A stretch of DNA of 64,000 nt from Alphaproteobacteria bacterium (GTDB lineage: Bacteria > Pseudomonadota > Alphaproteobacteria > MPNO01): positions 1,152,001 to 1,216,000 of the forward strand of contig CBDFLJ010000002.1 of NCBI GenBank assembly GCA_965248835.1. The letters are read 5' to 3'. Positions 1 through 9,002 of the stretch are shown here, one piece after another. Numbering within the stretch: the first letter of the stretch is position 1; every line of letters starts with the position of its first letter. The position numbers were made by a program, and so were the translations under genes. The notes below the pieces were generated by a model, which had not been told where the DNA came from, did no database searches, and saw only the letters and a list, made by a program, of their open reading frames with translations.

Positions 1-1002
1 GTGGAGCATCTCCGTCGATCCCAGCCCGTCGAGGATCAGGGTGCCGGTGCGCTCGGTCCAGCGCCGCAGGACGTCCGCCGGCAGCGCCTCGCCGGCGGAG
101 ACGCAGATGCGCAGCGGCGACAGGTCCGGGCGCGCGGTCTCCATGGCCCGGAGCTGCTGGGCGTAAAGCGTGGGCACGCCGTAGAAGACGGTGGGGCGAA
201 ACGCCTCGATGATCTCGAAGGTCATCTCCGGCGAGACCCGGCGGTCGCTCAGCACGATGGTCGCACCTGCCCAGAGCGGGAAGGTCATCGCGTTGCCGAA
301 GCCATACGAGTGGAAGAGCTTGCTGACAGAATAGACCGTATCGTCCTGGCGCAGTCCGGTGGCCGCTACTGCATAGCGCTCGGACGTGCACACCATGTCG
401 CGGTGGGCATGAACGACGCCCTTGGGGTTGCCGGTCGAGCCCGAGGAGTAGAGCCAGAAGCAATCGTCCTCGGGCGCGCATCGGGCGGACTCGAGGTCGG
501 TCGCGGCCTCGTCCATCAGCGCGGCCAGACCGCCCGCGCCGTCGGTCGCGAACGCATGCCTGGGCGCGTGGCCGGCCCCGGCCAGCGCCTGTTCGAGGGT
601 CTCGGTGAACTCCGGGCTGTAGACCAGCGCCGCGCACTGCGAATCCTCGATCAGGAATCGGTAGTCCGCGCTGCGCAGAAGCGTGTTGACCGGAACCGGT
701 ATGGCGCCCGCCTTGATCGCACCGAAGAAGAGACAGATGAACTCCGGGCTGTCCTTGACCACCATCAGGACGCGCTCGCCCGCCGCGATCCCGAGCATCC
801 TGACCGCGTTGCCGCACCGGTTCACGCGTTCGGCAAGCCCGGCATAGGTGAGCGTTTCATCGACCGTCCGGATGGCGGGCTTGTCCGCGCGGCCCTCATC
901 GAGATGGCGGTCGATGAACGGCACCGTGACGTTGAAGACCGGCGCGAACCGCAACGCGGCGGGGCTCACCGACGTGTCGACGATCACGGTGTTGTCCTTC
1001 AT
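1..1002 (-). CDS. Benzoate-CoA ligase family protein (partial, 3' end outside window)
   Basis: Manual minus-strand translation from ATG at 1002 (GGAGGT RBS upstream) gives MKDNTVIVDTS...FNVTVPFIDRH...CFWLYSSGSTGNPKGVVHAH...SKLFHSYGFGN...CVSAGEALP...DGLGSTEMLH, i.e. aryl-CoA ligase AMP-binding motifs. Not in the ORF track because it is truncated by the window edge. Confidence 0.85.
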   Translation of the reverse strand, partial: MKDNTVIVDTSVSPAALRFAPVFNVTVPFIDRHLDEGRADKPAIRTVDETLTYAGLAERVNRCGNAVRMLGIAAGERVLMVVKDSPEFICLFFGAIKAGAIPVPVNTLLRSADYRFLIEDSQCAALVYSPEFTETLEQALAGAGHAPRHAFATDGAGGLAALMDEAATDLESARCAPEDDCFWLYSSGSTGNPKGVVHAHRDMVCTSERYAVAATGLRQDDTVYSVSKLFHSYGFGNAMTFPLWAGATIVLSDRRVSPEMTFEIIEAFRPTVFYGVPTLYAQQLRAMETARPDLSPLRICVSAGEALPADVLRRWTERTGTLILDGLGSTEMLH

Positions 1003-1310
1003 CGCGACCTCCCGCCCGCTGGGCGATGCTTCCCGGGAAACCTCGGGATATCCTGTCGCGTTCGGCTCCGGCGGGCAAGCTGTCCAGCCGGAGCGCGGCA
1101 CGCTCGTCCCCGACGTGCGAGGAAATCCGATAACGCCAGCCGGGTTGACGACCTATTGGAAAACAGGGCTTTTTACGGCGGGCGGTGTCGGATTGTCGGC
1201 CACCCCAAGACCATAAGAGACACCGGGGAATACGTGCGTAGCGCTTCGCCAAGCGACAATTCGGGCAGGTGGCAGGGCTCCGGCAGGCGGCCGTGGGCGG
1301 GAAGGATGAG

Positions 1311-4280
1311 ATGACCGAACAGAGCGAACGGCAGAGGTTCGTCGGTCAGCCGCTGGAGCGCGTCGAGGACGCGGTCCTGTTAACCGGCAGGGCGATGTTC
1401 TCCGACCATTTGCCGACCCGGACCGGGACATTGCACGCGGCGATCCTGCGCTCGCCGCACGCCCACGCCGAGATCGTCTCTTTGGACACCGCCAAGGCGA
1501 AGGCGCGGCCCGGCGTGGCTGCGGTCCTGACCGGAGACGAACTCAGGGAAATCTCCGATCCGTTCCTGATCGTCCTCAGGCAGCCGATGCTGCAATGGGC
1601 GCTCGCCGTCGGCAAGGTCCGCTATGTCGGCGAGCCGGTGGTGCTGGTGCTGGCGAGCGACCGCTACAAGGCCGAGGATGCGCTGGCTTACATCGAAGTC
1701 GCGTACAGCCCGCTCAAGCCCGCCGTCGACGCCGAGGCGGCGGCCGCAGACGGCGCCCCGCTGGTGCATGAGGAGGTCGGCAGCAATATCGTCTCTACGC
1801 GCGACTTCGTCTATGGCGAGCCCGACAAGGCCTTTGCCGAGGCCGACCGCACGGTCTCGCTCAAGGTCTCGTATCCGCGCAATTCCCAGACCCCTCTGGA
1901 GGGGTATGTGGTCACCGCCGACTACGATCCGGCGACCGGGTCCTACGACGTGGCGTCCAACTTCCAGGGTCCGTACACGACGCACACCGTCATCTCGAAG
2001 GCGCTCCGGGTGTCGAGCGCCAAGCTCAGGATGCGCACGCCCAACTTTTCCGGCGGCGGATTCGGGGTCAAGGTCCAGATCTTCCCCTATGTCGTTCTGA
2101 TGGGCTTGGCGTCCAAGGTGGCGGGCCGGCCGGTCAAATGGGTCGAGGACAGGCTCGAGCACCTGAGCGCGGCGAGCGCCGCGCCCAACCGGGTGATCGA
2201 GATCGCGGCCGCGGTCAAGGATGACGGCGAGATCACCGCATTTCGCTTCGATCAGCTCGACGATTACGGCGCCTTTCTGCGTGCGCCGATGCCGGGACCG
2301 CTCTACCGCATGCACGGCGTGCTGACCGGCGCATACGACATCAAGAACCTTGCGGTCACCAACCGCGTGGTGATGACCAACAAGTGCCCCTCGGCGATGG
2401 TCCGCGGCTTCGGCGGGCCGCAGATGTATTTCGCCATCGAGCGGCTGGTGCAGCGCGTCGCGGTCGTCCTCGGGCTCGACCCGCTGGACGTGATCCGCCG
2501 CAACCTGGTCCCGGCCGGGGTCTTTCCCTACCGCGCCGCCGCCGGAGCGCTGCTCGATTCGGGCGATTTCCCGAAGGCTATCGAGATCGGCGTGGGTCAG
2601 GGCGGGCTCGAGGACCTCAAGCGCCGGCGCGAGGAAGCCCGCGAGGAAGGCCGGCTCTATGGCATCGGCTATGCCGTGGTCGTCGAGCCGGCCCAGTCCA
2701 ACATGGGCTATCTCAGCAACATCCTGCCGCGCGAGGAGCGCCGCCGGAACCCCAAGGGGGGCGCGGTCTCCAATGCAACCGTCAACGTCGATCCGCTGGG
2801 CACCGTCAACGTGACGGCGGATTCGATCCCTCAAGGCCAGGGGCACATGACGGTGCTGTCCCAGATCGTGGCCGACAATCTGGGTCTCAAGCCCGAGAAC
2901 ATCCATGTCAACCTCGAACACGACACCGCCAAGGACGCCTGGTCGATTGCAACCGGCAACTATTCCTCGCGGTTCTCTTCGTCCACGGCGGTTGCGGCCG
3001 ATATCGCGGCCAAGAAGGTCCGCGCCAAGCTTGCGCGGATCGCGAGCCAGACACTCAACGTACCGGCCGAGAGCCTGGAGTTTGCCGACGGCAAGATCTT
3101 TGCGGTCGACAACCCGGAGAACGCCATCAACGTGTACCGTGTCGCCGGTTCGGCCCACTGGACGCCGGGCAATCTGCCTGACGGCATGGAGCCCGGCGTG
3201 CGCGAGACCGGCTCGTGGTCGCCGCCGGAAATGGAGCCGCCCAACGACGCCGACCAGATCAACTCCTCTTTGACCTACGGCTTCGTCTTCGACTATTGCG
3301 GCGTCGAAGTCGACCGCGACACCGCACAGGTCAGGATCGACAAGTACGTCACGATGCACGATTCCGGCAAGCTCCTGAACCCGCTGCTTGCCGACGGACA
3401 GATCCACGGCGCGTTCGCCTGGGGCGTGGGCTGCGCGCTCTACGAGGAGTTCGTCTACGGCGAGGACGGGAGTTTTCTCACCGGGACGTTCGCGGACTAC
3501 CTGGTGCCGACATCCTGGGAGGTGCCCGAGCCGGTGGTCCTGCACATGGAGACCCCGTCCTTGCTGACCCCCCTGGGTGCCAAGGGGATCGGCGAGGGCA
3601 ACTGCATGTCCACGCCGGTGTGCATTGCCAACGCGGTGTGCGATGCGCTCGATGTCGAGAACCTTACACTGCCGTTGACCCCGGCCAGGGTCAGCGCGCT
3701 GATCCATACCGATGAGCCGCCGCCGCCCGCCGACCAGGCGGTGGAAGCAGGTGAGCGGAAGGCGACCGGACAGGTGCTGTCGGGGACAGGCGAGACCCTG
3801 GTGCCGGCCCGCCCCGAGCAAGTGTGGCAGACGCTGCTCGATCCCGACAAGCTCGCCGCCGTGATACCGGGTTGCCGCGCGCTCGACCTGGTGGGAGAGA
3901 ATCTCTATCGCGCCGAGGTGAGCCTCGGCGCGGGGCCGGTGCGCGGAAAATTCCGGGCAGATGTAGGCCTGACAGAGCTCGACCCACCGAACGCCGTCCG
4001 GCTGTCGGGCGGTCTCGTCGGGCCGCTCGGCGCCTCGCAAGGCGAAGGTAGGGTGCGGCTGTCGCCTGCTGAGGGCGGCACGCTGGTCTCCTACGACTAC
4101 ACCATCGAGATCACCGGCACGGTGGCTGCGGTCGGCGGGCGCATGCTGGAAGGGGCCGCCCGCGCATTGGTGCGGCAGTTCTTCCAGCGGCTGGCGGCAC
4201 AGGTCGACGGCGACGGGCACGGGCCGCCCGCGGGCGCGTGGTGGCAGCGGCTGCTTGCCGCGCTGGGGTTCAGGCAATGA
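1311..4280 (+). CDS. Xanthine dehydrogenase family molybdopterin-binding subunit with C-terminal CoxG/SRPBCC domain; 2-furoyl-CoA dehydrogenase large subunit (HmfA)-like
   Basis: Motifs ILRSPHAHA, GGGFGVK, RGFGGPQ, QGQGH, GNYSSRF and GAKGIGEG; about 150 aa C-terminal SRPBCC-like domain (VWQTLLDPDKLAAVIPGC). ATG at 1311 follows AGGA. Confidence 0.85.
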   Translation: MTEQSERQRFVGQPLERVEDAVLLTGRAMFSDHLPTRTGTLHAAILRSPHAHAEIVSLDTAKAKARPGVAAVLTGDELREISDPFLIVLRQPMLQWALAVGKVRYVGEPVVLVLASDRYKAEDALAYIEVAYSPLKPAVDAEAAAADGAPLVHEEVGSNIVSTRDFVYGEPDKAFAEADRTVSLKVSYPRNSQTPLEGYVVTADYDPATGSYDVASNFQGPYTTHTVISKALRVSSAKLRMRTPNFSGGGFGVKVQIFPYVVLMGLASKVAGRPVKWVEDRLEHLSAASAAPNRVIEIAAAVKDDGEITAFRFDQLDDYGAFLRAPMPGPLYRMHGVLTGAYDIKNLAVTNRVVMTNKCPSAMVRGFGGPQMYFAIERLVQRVAVVLGLDPLDVIRRNLVPAGVFPYRAAAGALLDSGDFPKAIEIGVGQGGLEDLKRRREEAREEGRLYGIGYAVVVEPAQSNMGYLSNILPREERRRNPKGGAVSNATVNVDPLGTVNVTADSIPQGQGHMTVLSQIVADNLGLKPENIHVNLEHDTAKDAWSIATGNYSSRFSSSTAVAADIAAKKVRAKLARIASQTLNVPAESLEFADGKIFAVDNPENAINVYRVAGSAHWTPGNLPDGMEPGVRETGSWSPPEMEPPNDADQINSSLTYGFVFDYCGVEVDRDTAQVRIDKYVTMHDSGKLLNPLLADGQIHGAFAWGVGCALYEEFVYGEDGSFLTGTFADYLVPTSWEVPEPVVLHMETPSLLTPLGAKGIGEGNCMSTPVCIANAVCDALDVENLTLPLTPARVSALIHTDEPPPPADQAVEAGERKATGQVLSGTGETLVPARPEQVWQTLLDPDKLAAVIPGCRALDLVGENLYRAEVSLGAGPVRGKFRADVGLTELDPPNAVRLSGGLVGPLGASQGEGRVRLSPAEGGTLVSYDYTIEITGTVAAVGGRMLEGAARALVRQFFQRLAAQVDGDGHGPPAGAWWQRLLAALGFRQ

Positions 4281-5104
4281 AACCCTGTTCGTTCGATTAC
4301 CTGCGCGCCGAGACGGCTGAGGAGGCGATCGCAGGCCTTGCGGGCGCCGGGGAAGACGCCCGGGTGCTCGCCGGCGGTCAGTCGCTGATGCCGATGCTCA
4401 ACTTCCGCCTCGTGGAGCCCGAGATCCTGGTCGACATCTCGGGCATCGAGGCACTGTCCTACATCCGGTCCGATGCCGACAGGGTCGAGATCGGCGCCAC
4501 CGCGCGCCAGTGCGAGCTCGAGCGCTGGCCGGACCTTGCTGCGCGCCTGCCGCTGGTGCACAAGGCGCTGCCTTATGTCGGCCATTACCAGACCCGCAGC
4601 CGCGGCACGGTATGCGGCTCGCTGGTCCATGCAGATCCCAGCTCGGAATTGCCGCTGTGCCTGGCCACGCTCGGCGGCGAGGTGGTGCTGCGCTCCACGG
4701 CCGGCGAAAGGATGCTCGCGGCGGCCGATTTCCAGGTCGGCATGCTCACCACCGCCAAGCGCGCCGAGGAGATGGTGGTTGCCGCGCGCTATCCCGTCGC
4801 GCGGCCGGGCGACGGCCACGCGTTCGTCGAGATGGCCCAGCGTCGGGGCGACTTCGCCATCGTCGCGCTTGCCGCCGTCGCCTCGGCCGACCGCATCCGA
4901 CTCGGGGTCGGCGGCGTCGCCGACCGGCCGACGGTAAAGGACTGGCCGATGTTGGCGGGCGCCGAACTTGACGATGCGCTGAACGCCTTCGCCTGGGAGC
5001 TCGGCGGTTACGACGACGTGCACGCGAGCGCGAAATACCGCCGCGAGCTGGTGCGGCGCCTGGGCCGCCGCGTGATCGAGGAGGCCAAGTCATGCCGAAG
5101 CTAG
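4277..5104 (+). CDS. Molybdo-hydroxylase FAD-binding subunit (CoxM/HmfB-like)
   Basis: MKPCSFDY..., LAGGQSLMPMLNFRL, RGTVCGSL and RRGDFA motifs; ATGA overlap with the upstream gene. Confidence 0.9.
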   Translation: MKPCSFDYLRAETAEEAIAGLAGAGEDARVLAGGQSLMPMLNFRLVEPEILVDISGIEALSYIRSDADRVEIGATARQCELERWPDLAARLPLVHKALPYVGHYQTRSRGTVCGSLVHADPSSELPLCLATLGGEVVLRSTAGERMLAAADFQVGMLTTAKRAEEMVVAARYPVARPGDGHAFVEMAQRRGDFAIVALAAVASADRIRLGVGGVADRPTVKDWPMLAGAELDDALNAFAWELGGYDDVHASAKYRRELVRRLGRRVIEEAKSCRS

Positions 5105-5592
5105 ACCGCGGCGCCCGGCATCCGGTCGCCTTCACGGTCAACGGGCAGCACATTACCGGCGATTCCGAGCCGCGCATGCTGCTGTCCGATTTTCTGGTGC
5201 ACGAGCTCGGGCTGACCAGCGTCCACGTCGGCTGCGAGCACGGCGTGTGCGGGGCCTGCACGGTGAGGATCGACGGCCGCGTCGCGCGGGCCTGCCTGAC
5301 CCTCGCCGTCCAGGCCGATGGCAAGCGTGTGGAGACTGCCGAGGGCCTGGCCTCCACCGAGGGCGAGCTCAGCGACCTGCAATTGGCCTTCCGCAGGCAT
5401 CACGGCCTGCAGTGCGGCTACTGCACCCCCGGCATCCTGATGTCGCTCAGCGCCTATCTCGAGGAAGACCCGGCGCCGACGGAACAAGCCCTGCGCGACA
5501 TGCTGAGCGGCCACCTGTGCCGCTGCACCGGCTACGTCAACATGGTCCGCGCCATCATGGATCTTGTCTCGACCGCGAGAGAATCGGAATAA
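5092..5592 (+). CDS. Molybdo-hydroxylase (2Fe-2S) subunit (CoxS/HmfC-like)
   Basis: GCEHGVCGACT, QCGYCTPG and LCRCTGY motifs. Confidence 0.93.
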   Translation: MPKLDRGARHPVAFTVNGQHITGDSEPRMLLSDFLVHELGLTSVHVGCEHGVCGACTVRIDGRVARACLTLAVQADGKRVETAEGLASTEGELSDLQLAFRRHHGLQCGYCTPGILMSLSAYLEEDPAPTEQALRDMLSGHLCRCTGYVNMVRAIMDLVSTARESE

Positions 5593-5643
5593 CGCGGCAA
5601 CCGGTCCGCGTCCAAGCGGGCAATCCCGCCCGGCGAAGCAGGA

Positions 5644-5733
5644 TGGCGGATGGGGTGGGATTCGAACCCACGAGACGCTCGCACGTCTGCCGGTTTTCAA
5701 GACCGGTGCCTTCAACCGCTCGGCCACCCATCC
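5644..5733 (-). tRNA. tRNA-Ser (TGA)
   Basis: Reverse complement GGATGGGTGGCCGAGCGGTTGAAGGCACCGGTCTTGAAAACCGGC...GGGTTCGAATCCCACCCCATCCGCCA; 90 nt with long variable arm, anticodon TGA and encoded CCA. Confidence 0.97.
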
Positions 5734-5843
5734 GTGCGATGACATCTACAGCGATTCCATCGCTCCAGACACTGCTTTTCGCGCTGTGTGCACCGGAGCA
5801 CAGTCTTATGATCGGCGCGGGATGACACCGTGGGAGGAGCGAT

Positions 5844-6464
5844 ATGACGGACGTGGTGCGGCAACAGGCAATGCAGGACGAGCACGAAATCGCCGATCTT
5901 CTGGTGCGCTGGGGCCATGCGCGGGACGCCGATGATTGGGAGACGCTGGCGGCCTGCTTCCACGGCGACGCGACGATCAGCATCTCCTGGATGTCCGGGG
6001 CCGCCCGCGATTTCCTCGAAGGCTCCAAGGCGATGGCGGAGAGGCGCCGGCCGGGCAGCCATGTCAAGCATGTCTTCACCGGGCCGTTGATCCTGGTGAA
6101 CGGCGATCGCGCCTTCAGCCGCTGCCATGTCACGCTTTTCGCGCGCGCGTTCATCGACGGCCACGAGTTCGATTTCCAATCGCTGTTCCGGTTCTTCGAT
6201 CTGCTGGAGCGGCGTGCTGGCGTCTGGCGCATCTTCAAGCGGACCGGCGTATACGAGAAGGACAGGATGGACCCGGTCGATCCGCGCGGCGTGCCGGCGA
6301 GCTTCTACGAGGCCATGGACCTGTCGTCCTTCCCGCCGGAGATGCGTTTTCTGTGCTTTCGCCAGTCGAAAACCGGCGTCCCATCGGTCCCCTGCATTGC
6401 CGTCTACAGCCCCGAAGAGGCAGCGCTGCGTTCGGCGTGCCTGGAATGGTTGGCCGGTCCGTGA
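5844..6464 (+). CDS. SnoaL-like / NTF2-family protein
   Basis: EIADLLVRWGHARDADDWETLAACFHGDA...RFFDLLERRAGVWRI pattern; GGAGGAG RBS. Confidence 0.75.
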   Translation: MTDVVRQQAMQDEHEIADLLVRWGHARDADDWETLAACFHGDATISISWMSGAARDFLEGSKAMAERRRPGSHVKHVFTGPLILVNGDRAFSRCHVTLFARAFIDGHEFDFQSLFRFFDLLERRAGVWRIFKRTGVYEKDRMDPVDPRGVPASFYEAMDLSSFPPEMRFLCFRQSKTGVPSVPCIAVYSPEEAALRSACLEWLAGP

Positions 6465-6538
6465 GGCAGCGCCGGATATCGCCGGGCTGACCGCTCTGCT
6501 ATGCTCGGACGAACGGAATTCAAGACAGGGGATGGGTC

Positions 6539-8170
6539 ATGGCGGATCGCGCCAGCTACGACTACATCGTCGTCGGCGCGGGCTCGGCAGGCTGCGTGCT
6601 GGCCAACCGGCTGAGCGAGGACGCGGACGTCCAGGTGCTGTTGATCGAGGCCGGCGGCTGGGACCGCGACCCGATGATCCACATTCCCCTCGGTTGGGGC
6701 GTGCTGCTCGAAGAGCGCCGGCATGACTGGATGTATTTCACCGAGCCGGAGCCAAACCTCGACAACCGAAGCATCGAATGCGCCCGCGGACGGATCATCG
6801 GCGGGTCGTCCTCGATCAACGCCATGGCTTATGTCCGCGGCCATCGGGGCGACTACGACCGGTGGCGCCAGAAGGGCTGTCCGGGCTGGTCCTATGCCGA
6901 GGTGCTGCCCTATTTCCGCAAGGCCGAGAACTGGGGGGGCGGTGCCGACGCGTTCCGCGGCACGGACGGGCCGTTGTCGGTCCGCACCGGCACCTACAAC
7001 GACGATTTCGTCGATGCCTATGTCGAGGGCGCCAGGGCGATCGGCCACAAATACACCGAGGACTACAACGGCGCCGAGCAGGAGGGCTTTTGCCGGATCC
7101 AGCAGACCATCCGCGACGGCAAGCGGTGCAGCACCGCGGTGGCCTATCTGAAGCCGGTGCTGAAGCGGCCCAACGTGAGGCTTCACACCAGGGCGCTGGC
7201 CACCCGACTGCTGATCGAGAATGGCCGCGCCGTGGGGCTGGAATACGAGCACGGAGGGCAGATGCACGAGGTCCGGGCCGAGCGCGAGGTGCTGCTCTCG
7301 GGCGGGGTCATCAACTCCCCGCAGGTATTGTTGCTGTCAGGCATTGGCAGGCCTGACGAGCTGGGCGAGCACGGCATCCGGACCGTCCACGAGCTGCCCG
7401 GTGTGGGCAAGAACCTGCAGGACCATCTTTCGGCCATCGTCAACTACAGCCGCGAGAAGGCCGGGGTCTTCCGCACCCAGATGCGGCTCGACCAGCTCGC
7501 GATGGACATGCCGCGGGCCTATCTCGCCGGCAGTGGACCGGCGACCGACCTGCCGGCAGGCGTGATGGCCTTCGTCAAGAGCCGGCCCGAGGCCGACTTG
7601 CCCGACATCCAGTTCCTGTTCCGCGACTTGCCGGTGGAGACCTATCCCTGGTTCCCCGGATATCGGCGCGCGTGGCCCGACGGGTTCGGCTGCCGTCCGG
7701 TGCTGCTGCGCCCGCAGAGCAGGGGCGAGGTCAAGCTCGCCTCCGCCGATCCGCGCAAAAAAATCCGCATCATCCAGAATTTCCTGTCCGAGCCGGCCGA
7801 TATCGAGACTCTCCGCGAGGGATTCAAACGGGTGCGCGAGGTCGGTGAGACCAAGGCGCTGGAGCGCTTCGGCGTTGCCGAGACCGACCCCGGAGTCGAC
7901 GTGACCTCCGATGCGGAGATCGATGCCTATATCCGCGCGACCTCGGCGACAGCGCACCATCCGGCCGGGACCTGCAAGATGGGAAGTGACGACATGGCGG
8001 TCGTCGACCCCGAACTGAAGGTGCGCGGGATTGACGGGCTGCGGGTTGTCGATGCCTCGGTCTTTCCCGACCTGGTCGGCGGCAACATCAACGCCCCGGT
8101 GATCATGATCGCCGAGAAGGCCGCCGACATGATCCGGGGCCGCGCGCCCCTGGCGCCGGCGGAGGTCTGA
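6539..8170 (+). CDS. GMC oxidoreductase (choline dehydrogenase family; 4-pyridoxate dehydrogenase-like)
   Basis: YDYIVVGAGSAGCVLANRLS, GGSSSINAM, GVGKNLQDH, HHPAGTCKMG and LRVVDAS motifs. Confidence 0.92.
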   Translation: MADRASYDYIVVGAGSAGCVLANRLSEDADVQVLLIEAGGWDRDPMIHIPLGWGVLLEERRHDWMYFTEPEPNLDNRSIECARGRIIGGSSSINAMAYVRGHRGDYDRWRQKGCPGWSYAEVLPYFRKAENWGGGADAFRGTDGPLSVRTGTYNDDFVDAYVEGARAIGHKYTEDYNGAEQEGFCRIQQTIRDGKRCSTAVAYLKPVLKRPNVRLHTRALATRLLIENGRAVGLEYEHGGQMHEVRAEREVLLSGGVINSPQVLLLSGIGRPDELGEHGIRTVHELPGVGKNLQDHLSAIVNYSREKAGVFRTQMRLDQLAMDMPRAYLAGSGPATDLPAGVMAFVKSRPEADLPDIQFLFRDLPVETYPWFPGYRRAWPDGFGCRPVLLRPQSRGEVKLASADPRKKIRIIQNFLSEPADIETLREGFKRVREVGETKALERFGVAETDPGVDVTSDAEIDAYIRATSATAHHPAGTCKMGSDDMAVVDPELKVRGIDGLRVVDASVFPDLVGGNINAPVIMIAEKAADMIRGRAPLAPAEV

Positions 8171-8263
8171 TGGCGCCGATTGACATCGACCCGGAGCGCC
8201 TGACTGCGATACTGTGGCCTGGGCGGTACCGGTGAACCGGCTGGCGCAACGTAAAGATTTCGC

Positions 8264-8863
8264 GTGCGGTTGTTCTGTCTCGATCTCGAAGGCGTCCTGA
8301 TACCCGAAGTCTGGATCGGGCTCGCGGAACGTACTGGCATCGAAGCGCTTCGCGCGACCACCCGCGACATCCCCGACTACGATACCCTGATGCGCCAGCG
8401 GCTTCGGCTGCTGGACGAGAACGGGTTGGGGATGGCCGACATCGGCGCAGTGGTCGCGGGCATGGAGCCGCTACCCGGCGCGGCCGTCTTCCTCGACTGG
8501 CTGCGCGAGCGCGGGCCGGTGGTCATCCTGTCCGATACCTTCGCCGAGTTCGCTCGGCCGCTGATGCGCGCACTCGGCTGGCCGACGCTGTTCTGCCACA
8601 GCCTTACCGTGGCCGACGACGGCGCGATCACGGACTACACCCTGCGCCATGCCGATCACAAGCGCGCCAGCGTGCTCGCTTTCAAGGCGCTCAACTTCCA
8701 CGTCACCGCGGTCGGCGATTCCTACAACGACACCGCCATGCTGGGCGCGGCCCACGCCGGCATTCTGTTCCGCGCCCCGCCGGCCGTCCGCGAGGAGTTC
8801 CCCGACTTCCCGCCGGTCGAGGACTACGCTGCGCTGCGGGAGGCGATTCTCGATTGCGGCTGA
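8264..8863 (+). CDS. thrH: Phosphoserine phosphatase / homoserine phosphotransferase ThrH (HAD family)
   Basis: CLDLEGVLIPEVW, LRATTRDIPDYD, ILSDTF and GDSYNDTAML motifs. Confidence 0.9.
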   Translation: MRLFCLDLEGVLIPEVWIGLAERTGIEALRATTRDIPDYDTLMRQRLRLLDENGLGMADIGAVVAGMEPLPGAAVFLDWLRERGPVVILSDTFAEFARPLMRALGWPTLFCHSLTVADDGAITDYTLRHADHKRASVLAFKALNFHVTAVGDSYNDTAMLGAAHAGILFRAPPAVREEFPDFPPVEDYAALREAILDCG

Positions 8864-8902
8864 GCCGGGCAGGCGGAGAATCGCTCTGTCCTGTCGAGCT
8901 TC

Positions 8903-8930
8903 TTGTCCGATCACAACGGATTGATATAGT
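8903..8930 (+). promoter_or_regulatory. Putative sigma70 promoter of the livK-like gene
   Basis: TTGTCC-N16-TATAGT about 70 nt upstream of the start codon. Confidence 0.4.
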
Positions 8931-9002
8931 GAGCCGCCGCGCGTTTCCGAGCGGCATTCCGCCCGTTTGGGCTCGGTTCCAGGAAAATCGGAGAAACGAA
9001 CG

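Noticed and set aside
1-1314. 437-aa plus-strand ORF
   Set aside because: It is the antisense shadow of the minus-strand aryl-CoA ligase and has no recognisable motifs.
1311-5592. Aerobic CO dehydrogenase (coxLMS)
   Set aside because: It lacks the AYxCSFR (form I) and AYRGAGR (form II) loops, and no cox accessory genes are present.
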